From positions 6,464,001 to 6,528,000 of the forward strand of contig JBKAGP010000001.1 in assembly GCA_046290465.1 (NCBI GenBank): a stretch of 64,000 nucleotides of DNA, given 5' to 3'. A program made the translations under genes and the position numbers. This DNA comes from Planctomycetota bacterium (lineage in GTDB: Bacteria > Planctomycetota > UBA1135 > UBA2386). The notes beneath the pieces were generated by a model, which worked only from the letters and a program-made list of their open reading frames with translations, searched no databases and was not told the origin of the DNA. The stretch's first letter is position 1. Each line of letters opens with the position of its first letter. Below, piece by piece: positions 55,493 through 64,000 of this stretch.

Positions 55493-57417
55493 GCGACTTC
55501 CGCAGCGACCTGCCGCGGCAGATCGGCCGCTACCTGATCGACGAACGGATCGGCACCGGCGGCATGTCGGTCGTCTACAAGGCGCGCGATCCCAAGCTCG
55601 ACAAGAAGGTCGCGCTGAAGCAGCTGCTGCCGGAGTTCGCCAACGACCCCGACAAGCTGCGGCGGTTCATCGATGAGGTGCGCCGGATCGCCCGCCTCGA
55701 CGACCACGAGTCGATCCTGAAGGTGTTCGATTACGGCGAGGCCGAGGGCGGCCCGTACATCACGATGCAGCTGCTGGTCGGGGGCGACCTCGCGACGCAG
55801 CTCGACGAGGGCGCACCGCTGTCGTCCGAACGGGTGCGCAGCATCGTCGCGGCGATCGGCGGCGCGCTCGAGTACGCGCACCGGCACGGCGTCGTGCACT
55901 GCGACGTCAAGCCGAGCAACATCCTGATCGACCGGCTCGGCAAGCCGTTCCTGGCCGACTTCGGCATCTCGCGGGTGATCAACGACCTGCTCGCCGGCGA
56001 CGAACAGATGCCGAGCATCTACACGCCCAAGTACGCGAGCCCCGAGCAGGTCCGCGGCCTGCAGCCCGACGAGCGCAGCGACATCTACTCGCTGGCGGTG
56101 GTCGTCTACGAGATGTGCGCCGGGGTGTCGCCGTACGGCGACCGGCCGAGCCTCAGCGCGCTGTGCGACGCGATCGTCGGCGAGCCGCCCGCGCCGCCCA
56201 GCCGGCACAACCCGTCGGTTCCGGCCGCGCTCGACGCCGCGCTGCTGGCGGCGCTGGCCAAGGATCCGGAGGGGCGGCCGCAGGACGTCGGCGCGTTCGT
56301 GCGCAGCGTGATGGCGGCGCTCGACGCGGCGCCGACTCCGGCGAGCGAGCGCACCACCCAGGTCAGTCCGGGGCCGTTGCCGCAGCAGCCGGCGGCGCCG
56401 CGCGGCGGCGGCGGCGGGCTGCTCGTCGCCGTGCTGCTGCTGGCGATGGTCGGTGGTGGGGTCTGGTGGTTCTGGCCGCCGCTGGACGACGGCGACGGGC
56501 AGCAAAGCGCCGAGTCCGACTGGACGCAGGGTGAGCCAACCGAGGACGACGCGAACGCCAGCGATGGCACCAGCCGCAGGGACGGCGTGCCGGCCGACGC
56601 CAGCGTGCAGCTGCGCGTGCCGCCGGTGCCGCCCGGCGAGCAGCGGCTGGCGCGCATCCTGCTCGACACGACCGGCAGCCAGCCCGAGGTCGCCGCCGAG
56701 GCGCTGCGGCAGGTGCGGCAGATGGCCGCCGAACTGTCCGCGCTGCCGCGCTACGGCGTGGTCTCGGTGGCGGTGGCGCCACAGGCAGTCGGCGACGACG
56801 ACCTGTCGCGCCACGTCGCGCTCGCGGGCGCCGACGCGATGCTGCTGGTGCGGCTCAACGGCCGCGCCGACCCGAAGGTGCTGCCCGGCGTGACCCGCTA
56901 CCGGCTCGAGCTGTCGGCCTGCGAACTGCTCGTCGCCGGACTCGATCCGCGCGCGGCGCCGGCGCGCACGGCACCGGTCGCGGCGGGCCCGCCGGCGGCG
57001 CTGTTGGCCAACTCGGCCGCGGCGGCGGCGCAGGTCGGCCTCCAGGCGGTGCTGCCGAAGGCGACGACGTTCGCCCGCGAGTTGCTGCAGCAACTCGCCG
57101 ACGCCAAGGACCGCCCGTACCTGGTCACGTTCGACGCGGACGGGGCGCAGGCCCAGCGCCTCGAAGCGCTGTGCGAGCGCCTGCGGCGGGGCGAGGCCAC
57201 CGAGGTCGAACTGCTGGCGACCGCTCCCGACTGGCGCGTGCTGGTCCGGTCCGAGCAGGCTCCGGCGGCGTTCGTCGCCTCGTTGGTCGACGCGGTCGCC
57301 GCCGAGTTTCCGGCGCTGCGCGACCGGGTCCCGGCGGCCGGCTCCGACGAGTCCGGCAGCTACGTGGTCGCCTTCGAGAACCACTCGCGCAACCTGACGG
57401 TGCGCCTGGTGCCGTGA
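55489..57417 (+). CDS. Membrane-anchored Ser/Thr kinase (HCD, non-RD)
   Basis: IGTGGMSVVY, VALK, HCDVKPSN, DFG, TPKYASPE, DIYSL; TM; start overlaps the protease stop. Confidence 0.94.
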   Translation: MSDFRSDLPRQIGRYLIDERIGTGGMSVVYKARDPKLDKKVALKQLLPEFANDPDKLRRFIDEVRRIARLDDHESILKVFDYGEAEGGPYITMQLLVGGDLATQLDEGAPLSSERVRSIVAAIGGALEYAHRHGVVHCDVKPSNILIDRLGKPFLADFGISRVINDLLAGDEQMPSIYTPKYASPEQVRGLQPDERSDIYSLAVVVYEMCAGVSPYGDRPSLSALCDAIVGEPPAPPSRHNPSVPAALDAALLAALAKDPEGRPQDVGAFVRSVMAALDAAPTPASERTTQVSPGPLPQQPAAPRGGGGGLLVAVLLLAMVGGGVWWFWPPLDDGDGQQSAESDWTQGEPTEDDANASDGTSRRDGVPADASVQLRVPPVPPGEQRLARILLDTTGSQPEVAAEALRQVRQMAAELSALPRYGVVSVAVAPQAVGDDDLSRHVALAGADAMLLVRLNGRADPKVLPGVTRYRLELSACELLVAGLDPRAAPARTAPVAAGPPAALLANSAAAAAQVGLQAVLPKATTFARELLQQLADAKDRPYLVTFDADGAQAQRLEALCERLRRGEATEVELLATAPDWRVLVRSEQAPAAFVASLVDAVAAEFPALRDRVPAAGSDESGSYVVAFENHSRNLTVRLVP

Positions 57418-57451
57418 AGGTGTCGGCCGCCGTGCCCGTTCTTCCGTTCTT

Positions 57452-57478
57452 GTAACCGTCTGCCCGCGCCCTCCGCTC
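57452..57478 (+). promoter_or_regulatory. Putative ECF promoter GTAACCG-N14-CCGCTC (copy 3)
   Basis: GTAACCG 57452-57458 and CCGCTC 57473-57478; upstream of ATG 57525. Confidence 0.7.
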
Positions 57479-57524
57479 TCCCGGGCGCGAACCGCATTCC
57501 TACCACCACACGTTCGATCCGATC

Positions 57525-58118
57525 ATGAAGCACCCGATCCGTCTCGCTGTCCTGTTCCTCGCCGCTGGCCTCACGACGTCGTGCGCGTCGGCGCCGGTCC
57601 GTGACATCAACTACTACTGCACGGCCGAGGTGTTCGAAGGCCTGATGCAGGATGCTTGGGCGAAGTGGCGCACCAAGGGCGGTGTCGACAAGGCGCTCGC
57701 GAACAACGAGCTGGCCAACGAGAACCTGCGCGTCACGATGACCAACTGGGACAACCACGTCACCGGGCTCAACGTCGCCAGCCTCGACAGCGAACTGCGG
57801 GCCGCGGTGTCCCAGGAGGATCGCTGCCTCTACATCGACCGCGCCGCGATGCTGATCCTGTTGGAGCGCGCCAAGGCGGACGGTGCCCGCGTCGATCCGT
57901 CGCGCCCGGAGCAGATCTTCCTGCCGCAGGTGCGGGACATCTACCAGGCGGCGCTGCGCAAGCAGGGGCAGAACATCCACTTCGCGGCCCGCGGCACGCT
58001 GACCAAGCAGCGCGACGTGCTGATGTTCGAGATGTCGGTGCTCAACGTCGACACCGGCCTGACCCAGTCGGTGATCGCGCGGCAGACGATCCCGGACCTG
58101 CCGGACGAACTCTACTAG
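57525..58118 (+). CDS. Lipoprotein, possibly LpoB/CsgG-like alpha/beta fold
   Basis: Lipobox-like LTTS-C; YIDRAAM, ARGTL, FEMSVLNVDTG; paralog of the next gene. Confidence 0.7.
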   Translation: MKHPIRLAVLFLAAGLTTSCASAPVRDINYYCTAEVFEGLMQDAWAKWRTKGGVDKALANNELANENLRVTMTNWDNHVTGLNVASLDSELRAAVSQEDRCLYIDRAAMLILLERAKADGARVDPSRPEQIFLPQVRDIYQAALRKQGQNIHFAARGTLTKQRDVLMFEMSVLNVDTGLTQSVIARQTIPDLPDELY

Positions 58119-58157
58119 TCCCGTCCGGCGAAGCGACCCGTCGACCAGGGCTCCTCA

Positions 58158-58204
58158 CGACCCGATCCCCACCCGACCCGATCCCCACCCGACCCGATCC
58201 CCAC
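58158..58204 (+). repeat. 16-bp tandem repeat, about 3 copies (CGACCCGATCCCCACC)
   Basis: Units at 58158, 58174 and 58190, ending 9 nt before ATG 58214. Confidence 0.9.
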
Positions 58205-58213
58205 ACGACCGTC

Positions 58214-58768
58214 ATGATCCGTTCTTGCACCCTGCTGTTGTTCGCGCTGTGCATCGGCTTCGCCGGCTGCGCCTCGTCCCCGACCTACGACGGCCGTCCC
58301 GACAGCCTCGCCGAGGCGGGGGACCAGTTGATGCAGCAGGCGTGGGCGGCGTGGCGCACCAGCGGTGGCCTGCGCGAGGCGGTCGACGCGACCGAGCTGG
58401 ACCGGCAGGTCCGGATCGCGGTCGTCGACTGGCGCATCGACGGCGGTGCCGACCTGTCCCGCGACGAGCTGCAGCGGGAGCTGCGGCATCAGGTCGCGTC
58501 GACGCCGCGCTGTCGCTACGTCGCCCCCGAAGAGGTTCGCGCGCTGGTGCGCGAACTCGACCACGAGGCCGAGGCCGCGAGCGCGGCCGGCGCCCGCGCC
58601 TGGCAGCTGTTGTCGCAGCCGCCCGCGACGTCGCCGTCGACCCCGCGCATCGACATGGTGGCGCGCGCGACGATCCGGCGACGCGGCGAACGGCTCGTCG
58701 CCGACCTCGAGATCGTCGACGCGCGTTCGCGACGGCAGTTCTCGGTGCGCGGCGAAGTGCTCTACTAG
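58214..58768 (+). CDS. Lipoprotein, paralog of 57525-58118
   Basis: Lipobox FAG-C; LMQQAWAAWRTSGG versus LMQDAWAKWRTKGG; both genes end in LY-stop. Confidence 0.75.
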   Translation: MIRSCTLLLFALCIGFAGCASSPTYDGRPDSLAEAGDQLMQQAWAAWRTSGGLREAVDATELDRQVRIAVVDWRIDGGADLSRDELQRELRHQVASTPRCRYVAPEEVRALVRELDHEAEAASAAGARAWQLLSQPPATSPSTPRIDMVARATIRRRGERLVADLEIVDARSRRQFSVRGEVLY

Positions 58769-58814
58769 TCTCCCCTACATACGTTTCGACCTCCCCCCGA
58801 AGCAGGTGAACCTG

Positions 58815-60353
58815 ATGAAGACGTTGCATTCGATCCCCCTGGCGCTGCTGGCGCTGGCCGCGGCGTGCTCGGCCCCCGGCGCCGACGTGCGGCTGCAGAA
58901 CAGCTACCTCGTCGGCGACTTCGACGGCGCCGAGGCGGTGGTGCGCGACGCCGGTTACGGCGACAGCGCCGAGCTCGAGTCGAGCCACTTCCTCGACGCG
59001 ATGAACCGCGGCATGATCCGCCTCGCCGAAGCCGACGGTACCGCCGCGTGCGAGCAGATGAGCCACGGTCAGCTCTACCTGAAGTCGCTGCTGCTGACGC
59101 CCAGGGGCTTGGCGGGCACGGCCACCGAGGCGGGGATCTCGATGCTCGGCGACGACTATGCGCTCGAATACACCGTGCTGCCCTACGAGGTCACGATCGC
59201 CGAGTCGATGCTGGCCCTGGCTCATGTCGCGAGTTCGACGGCCGCGACGCGCAAGGAGCACTTCGACCAGGCGCGCAACTACTCGCGCGACGCGTCGAGC
59301 CGTTCGATCGCGGAGTGGTCGACGGCCTACTTCGGTGAGGAGACCGCCGGCACGCTCGGCGACGGCTTCCGCGTCGACCACACCCACACCGGGCTGGCGC
59401 ACTTCATCTACGCGAGCTGCCTCGAGCACGTCGACGGCGCCCAGGCCGCGAAGCTGTTCGAGGAGGCGGCCAAGATCGAGGACCTGCCCGGGATCCGGGC
59501 GCACGCCGAGAAGGGCGCGCCGGCACCCGGCACGCAGCCGGTCTGGGTCTACGTCGTCGATGGCCCGGGGGTGGTGCGCGTTCGCGAGGACCTGAAGGCC
59601 GGCCGCGACGTGCAGACGCTGGTGCGCTACTTCTACACCCTGCAGCGGCCAGGCCAGAACCCGATCGTCGACCTGGTGCCGACGATGACGTTCCCGGTGC
59701 CGGCGCTCGCCGAGATCGAGAATGGCGTGCAGCAGGTGATGGTCGCGGTCGACGGCGGCCAGCCGACCGCGGTGCCGCTGATCGCCGACATCGCGCGCAC
59801 GGCGCAGTCGACGTTCGACATCGATCGCGACGTGCGGATCGCCCGCCAGATCGTGCGCCGCATGATCCGCGAAGGCGGGCGGGCCGTGGTCAAGAACAAC
59901 GGCAACTCGTTCTGGGATTGGCTGGCGGGCCTGTTCAACCAGGGCGCGACGGCGCTCGAACGGGCCGACCTGCGCGCCTGGCAGACGATGCCGGCGGGCG
60001 TGCGCGCGGTCCGGCTCGACCTGCCGGCCGGCCGCCACCGCGTCGACCTGGACGTGCGCGGCTCCGCCGGTGCGATGAAGATCGCCAGCGCCTCGGTGCC
60101 GGTGAAGCTCGCCGACCGGCCAGCACCGTCCGGCACGTCGATCGACATCGAGGTGCCCGAGGGTGGGGTGCCGGCGTTCGTCGTCGCGGTGGTGCCGTCC
60201 GCCGCGTGCGTCGGCACGCCGTCGACCAACCACGCCGCGGCGGCCGTCGAGGCCGCACCTGTCGATCCGCAGGCCGACCCGCAGTCGAACCCCGAGGCCG
60301 CGCCGCAGCCGCAACCCCGATCCAGGCGAGCCGATGCCTCCCGTTCCCGGTGA
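58815..60353 (+). CDS. COG3014-like TPR-type lipoprotein
   Basis: Lipobox AAA-C; MNRGMI, MLGDDYALEYTVLPYE, ERADLRAWQTMPAGVRAVRLDLPAGRH. Confidence 0.75.
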   Translation: MKTLHSIPLALLALAAACSAPGADVRLQNSYLVGDFDGAEAVVRDAGYGDSAELESSHFLDAMNRGMIRLAEADGTAACEQMSHGQLYLKSLLLTPRGLAGTATEAGISMLGDDYALEYTVLPYEVTIAESMLALAHVASSTAATRKEHFDQARNYSRDASSRSIAEWSTAYFGEETAGTLGDGFRVDHTHTGLAHFIYASCLEHVDGAQAAKLFEEAAKIEDLPGIRAHAEKGAPAPGTQPVWVYVVDGPGVVRVREDLKAGRDVQTLVRYFYTLQRPGQNPIVDLVPTMTFPVPALAEIENGVQQVMVAVDGGQPTAVPLIADIARTAQSTFDIDRDVRIARQIVRRMIREGGRAVVKNNGNSFWDWLAGLFNQGATALERADLRAWQTMPAGVRAVRLDLPAGRHRVDLDVRGSAGAMKIASASVPVKLADRPAPSGTSIDIEVPEGGVPAFVVAVVPSAACVGTPSTNHAAAAVEAAPVDPQADPQSNPEAAPQPQPRSRRADASRSR

Positions 60354-60990
60354 TCCGGCGCCCGAGCGCGACGACGACAGCACGCTGTTCATCGCGCAGC
60401 GCGTGCAGGAGGGGCGGCAGCAGGCGTGGTCGCGGCTCGCGGCCAAGATCGACGAGTTCCTCGGGCGGACCCGCAACGTCCGCCAGCTGCCGTCCGCCTA
60501 CGAGCCCGACGACTACGTGCAGGAGGTGCTGCTGAAGTTGACCGTCGAGATCCCGCGCATGGAGCTGCGCTCCCGCAAGGAGTTCTGGGCGTTCGTCCGG
60601 CGCGTCGCCGACAACGTGCTGCGCGACCTGCAGCGGCTGGTGTTGGCCGACAAGCGCGGCGGCGGCCGCGAACGCCTGCTCGACACGGCCAATCCGCACG
60701 GCATGGACCTGCAGGATCCGGCCAGCTGGTCGGCGAGTGCGGAGTTCCGCGGCCGCGAGATCGAGCAGCTCGAGGAGGAGTGCGTCGGCGCGCTCGGCCG
60801 CGACGAGGCGCGGCAGGTCTACCTGCTGCGCCGCCGTCAGGGGCTCAGCTACGAGCAGATCGCCGAGAAGGTCGGACGCAACAAGCCCGGCACGGTCAAG
60901 GTCATCTACAAGCGGTCGCGCGACGTCGTGATCGCCCGCCTGCGCGACCGGCTCGACGGCTACGCGACCGGGCTGGCGAACCTCGACTGA
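60334..60990 (+). CDS. ECF sigma factor
   Basis: [59 protein letters not shown]; overlaps the upstream gene by 20 nt. Confidence 0.9.
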   Translation: MPPVPGDPAPERDDDSTLFIAQRVQEGRQQAWSRLAAKIDEFLGRTRNVRQLPSAYEPDDYVQEVLLKLTVEIPRMELRSRKEFWAFVRRVADNVLRDLQRLVLADKRGGGRERLLDTANPHGMDLQDPASWSASAEFRGREIEQLEEECVGALGRDEARQVYLLRRRQGLSYEQIAEKVGRNKPGTVKVIYKRSRDVVIARLRDRLDGYATGLANLD

Positions 60991-61001
60991 ACGCGTCGGG
61001 T

Positions 61002-62255
61002 TCAGTTCTCCAGCAGCCGCCGCGGCGCGAACATCGGCAGCGCCGGGTGCTCGCTGCTGCCGTCGACGATCATCTCGGCGAGGCTGCGACCGGCGAGGAA
61101 CGCGAACGACAGGCCGTAGCCGTTGAACGCCAGCAGCGCGAACTCGCCGGGCTGGCCCGGCAGCGCGCCGCACAGCGGCAGGCCGTCCGGCGAGCCGGCC
61201 ATGATGCCGGTCCACACGTGCGGGAACGGCACGTCGCGCAGCGCCGGGAAGTGCTCGTGCGCATACTGCAGCAGGTTGTCGGTGATCTGCCGGTTGTGGC
61301 CGGAGTCGTCGACCAGGTCGTGCTCTTCACCCGGGACCGACCAGCGCATGCCGCCGATCACGAAGCGGCCGCGGTGCATGCGGAAGTACTCGTAGCAGAA
61401 GTTGCTCGACATCGCGTAGTCGGGGAAGCGACCCGCGATCTCGTCGGGCAGCGCATCGGTCGCCAGGATCTGGCCGCGATACGCGAACACCGTGCGGGCC
61501 AGCAGCCCGGTGCGGTCGAGCTGGGGCGAAAGCGACGACGTGCAGTGCACGACGATCTGGCACGGCAGGCTGCGGCCGTCGTCGAGCTGCACGGTGAAGT
61601 CGCCGGCCTCGCCGTCGATCGCCCGCACCGCGCAACCCTCGGCGATCCGGGCGCCGGCGTCGCGGGCGCGCTGCGCCAGCCCGCGCACCATCGCCGCGGG
61701 CTGCACGATCGCTTCCTCGGCGAGGAACAGGCCGCCGTGGAAGCCGCGTGCCAGCGGCAGCCGTTCGGCGACCCGGTCGGCCGGGACCAGTTCGTGTTCG
61801 CGGCCCTCGTCGGCCAGCAGGCCCGCGGCCTGCTGCAGTTCGCGCCACTCGTGCGCCGTCTCGGCGAGCCGCAGCCCGCCCTGCTGACGCAGGTCGCAGG
61901 CGATGTCGGCGTCGCGCAGTTCCTGCAGCATCACGTCGTGGTTGCGCTGCAGGAAGTCCCACAGCAGCGGTGCGCGCTCGCCGCCGAACTGGCCGTGGAT
62001 GCGGTTGTAGTGCTCGCCGAGGCCGAGCAGCAGCTGGCCGTCGTTGCGGCCGGATGCGCGGCCGGCGACCTCGCCGGCCTCGAGCACGACGACGTCGATG
62101 CCGGCGCGGGCGAGGTGCAGCGCGGTCGAGACACCGGCGATGCCGCCGCCGATCACCGCGACGGTCGCGCGTTCGGGAACCGGTTCGCGAGGAAGGGCCG
62201 CTGCTTCGCGCAGCCAGGCACTCGTCGTTGCGGGTGGGTGGGCCACGGCGAACAT
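61002..62255 (-). CDS. FAD-dependent oxidoreductase (DAO/PuuB-like)
   Basis: [34 protein letters not shown]. Confidence 0.92.
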   Translation of the reverse strand: MFAVAHPPATTSAWLREAAALPREPVPERATVAVIGGGIAGVSTALHLARAGIDVVVLEAGEVAGRASGRNDGQLLLGLGEHYNRIHGQFGGERAPLLWDFLQRNHDVMLQELRDADIACDLRQQGGLRLAETAHEWRELQQAAGLLADEGREHELVPADRVAERLPLARGFHGGLFLAEEAIVQPAAMVRGLAQRARDAGARIAEGCAVRAIDGEAGDFTVQLDDGRSLPCQIVVHCTSSLSPQLDRTGLLARTVFAYRGQILATDALPDEIAGRFPDYAMSSNFCYEYFRMHRGRFVIGGMRWSVPGEEHDLVDDSGHNRQITDNLLQYAHEHFPALRDVPFPHVWTGIMAGSPDGLPLCGALPGQPGEFALLAFNGYGLSFAFLAGRSLAEMIVDGSSEHPALPMFAPRRLLEN

Positions 62256-62462
62256 GGTGCGGGCGCGACGACGCCGTGCAAGCGATCCCCCCGCGGCGGC
62301 GACCGGGCGGTGCGAATCTACGCCACTCGGCGTAGGCGAGCGGCAGGGGGCGGCGGAGGGGGCGGCGGGCGGCGACCGCGCAGCGGGGCGGACGTCGTCG
62401 GGTGGCTCGCGGGGGCCGCGTTGGCGGCTACCGGGCCGGTCGCAACCGGAACGGGGCGCCGG

Positions 62463-62603
62463 TCAGCCCTTCATGATCGCCAGGAGGAACAGCATGCCGA
62501 TGCCCAGCAGGGTCAGGGCGACGGACGTGCGGTTCAGGCCGGCAGCGGAGGTGGTGGTGGTTCCTTCTCGCATTGGCTCGGGGTGGTGGGTGGTCGTCTC
62601 CAT
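62463..62603 (-). CDS. Small single-TM protein (46 aa)
   Basis: [10 protein letters not shown]...[20 protein letters not shown]; occupies an otherwise empty intergenic space. Confidence 0.5.
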   Translation of the reverse strand: METTTHHPEPMREGTTTTSAAGLNRTSVALTLLGIGMLFLLAIMKG

Positions 62604-62812
62604 CGCAGTCGTGCCGTTGGTGGTGGTGGGTGCGGGCTGGTCGGCCCTGGCATGACTCCGCGGAGACCGTGTCATCGTTTAGTCCGACACCGATCGGGGG
62701 TTGCAGGTGTCGGAGCGGGTCGGGCAGAAAAGTTCGGATGGGTGGTGGGGGCTACTACGGGGCAAGGACGAAAGCGCTCCGCGCGGCACGCGGACTTTGA
62801 AAGTGCTTTTCA

Positions 62813-62919
62813 CCAGGGCTCCGCTAGAGTGTTCGGCCAATTCTCCAACGACGAGGGCGGGCCACGACCGCCCGCGGGAGCGAACTTGCGCCCTCGCGTA
62901 ACGAGAACACTAGCCCTGG
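62813..62919 (+). promoter_or_regulatory. Structured leader upstream of metK
   Basis: Nested inverted repeats CCAGGGCT/AGCCCTGG, AGTGTTC/GAACACT, TTCTC/GAGAA, CGAGGGCG/CGCCCTCG. Confidence 0.45.
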
Positions 62920-62927
62920 ACCGTCAC

Positions 62928-64000
62928 ATGAGCAAGGAACTGCGTCTCTTCACCAGCGAATCCGTCTCCGAAGGCCACCCGGACAAGGTCTGCGACCAGA
63001 TCTCGGACGCCGTGCTGGACGCCATCCTCGCCCAGGACCCGAACGCCCGCGTTGCCTGCGAGACGATGGTCTCGCGCGGCTTCGCCGTGCTCGCCGGTGA
63101 GATCTCCACGACGGCCTACGTCGACTTCCAGGAGACCGCCCGCAACGTCATCAAGGAGATCGGCTACGACGATCCCGAAGTCGGCTTCGACTCCAACTCC
63201 TGCGCGGTGTTGACGTCGATCCAAGCGCAGTCGGCCGACATCGCGCTCGGCGTCGACGAGGCGACCTCGGCGAGCAAGGAGCAGGGCGCTGGCGACCAGG
63301 GCATGATGTTCGGCTACGCGTGCAACGAGACGGACGCGCTGATGCCGTTCCCGATCCACTACAGCCACCGGATCCTCGAAAAGCTCGCCGAGGTCCGCAA
63401 GAACGGCAAGTACGCGTTCCTGCGCCCGGACAGCAAGAGCCAGCTGACGGTCGAATACGACGCCGACGGCAAGCCCAAGCACGTCAACACGGTCGTCATC
63501 TCGCACCAGCACACTGCCGACGTGTCGACCGAAGAGCTCGCCGCGGCCCTCAAGCAGACCTGCCTCGAGGTGCTGCCGGCCGAGATGGTCAACGCCGACA
63601 CCCGCTGGTTCCTGAACCCGACCGGCCGCTTCGTCGAGGGCGGCCCGAAGGCGGACGCCGGCCTGACCGGTCGCAAGATCATCGTCGACACCTACGGCGG
63701 CATGGGCCGCCACGGCGGCGGCGCGTTCTCGGGCAAGGACCCGAGCAAGGTCGACCGTTCGGCTGCCTACGCCAGCCGCTGGGTCGCCAAGAACGTCGTC
63801 GCCGCTGGCTACGCCGACCGCTGCGAGGTCCAGGTGGCCTACGCGATCGGCATCGCCGAGCCGGTCAGCATCCGCTGCGATCTGTTCGGCACCGGCAAGG
63901 TCGACGAGGACAAGCTGACCGCGGCGATCCGCGAGGTCTTCGACCTGCGCCCGGCCGGCATCATCCGCGACCTGGAGCTGAAGCGTCCGTGCTTCCGCGC
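62928..64000 (+). CDS. metK: S-adenosylmethionine synthetase (partial, runs off window end)
   Basis: Hand translation: [70 protein letters not shown]. Confidence 0.98.
   Translation, partial: MSKELRLFTSESVSEGHPDKVCDQISDAVLDAILAQDPNARVACETMVSRGFAVLAGEISTTAYVDFQETARNVIKEIGYDDPEVGFDSNSCAVLTSIQAQSADIALGVDEATSASKEQGAGDQGMMFGYACNETDALMPFPIHYSHRILEKLAEVRKNGKYAFLRPDSKSQLTVEYDADGKPKHVNTVVISHQHTADVSTEELAAALKQTCLEVLPAEMVNADTRWFLNPTGRFVEGGPKADAGLTGRKIIVDTYGGMGRHGGGAFSGKDPSKVDRSAAYASRWVAKNVVAAGYADRCEVQVAYAIGIAEPVSIRCDLFGTGKVDEDKLTAAIREVFDLRPAGIIRDLELKRPCFR

Overview
A very GC-rich bacterial chromosomal segment. Its gene style (ECF sigma factors paired with Ser/Thr kinases, FG-GAP and large secreted proteins, PurS-fused PurL) suggests a Planctomycetota-like organism; this is an inference. 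Housekeeping genes include lgt, queC, folP, purD, purL, purQ, panB, pcnB, metK (partial), a Fur regulator, a sigma54 regulator, an ABC-2 exporter, a U32 hydroxylase-like protein and a TonB receptor. Most notable: (1) a two-gene operon (13471-15380) encoding a coiled-coil protein and an actin-fold ATPase resembling haloarchaeal volactin, convergent with a multidomain cell-wall amidase; (2) an 11-kb cassette (49733-60990) with a pseudokinase, a lipoprotein serine protease, a membrane kinase, three lipoproteins and an ECF sigma factor, in which three transcription units share the exact motif GTAACCG-N14-CCGCTC; (3) a stand-alone cholesterol-dependent-cytolysin D4-like domain fused to a Cys-rich domain, beside a second ECF/kinase pair; (4) a chromosomal DHPS with the Sul-type DPGMGFFLG signature; (5) a C-terminal domain shared by three unrelated secreted proteins; (6) a structured metK leader. 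No rRNA, tRNA, CRISPR array or transposase was recognised. All family calls come from reading motifs by eye; no searches were run.
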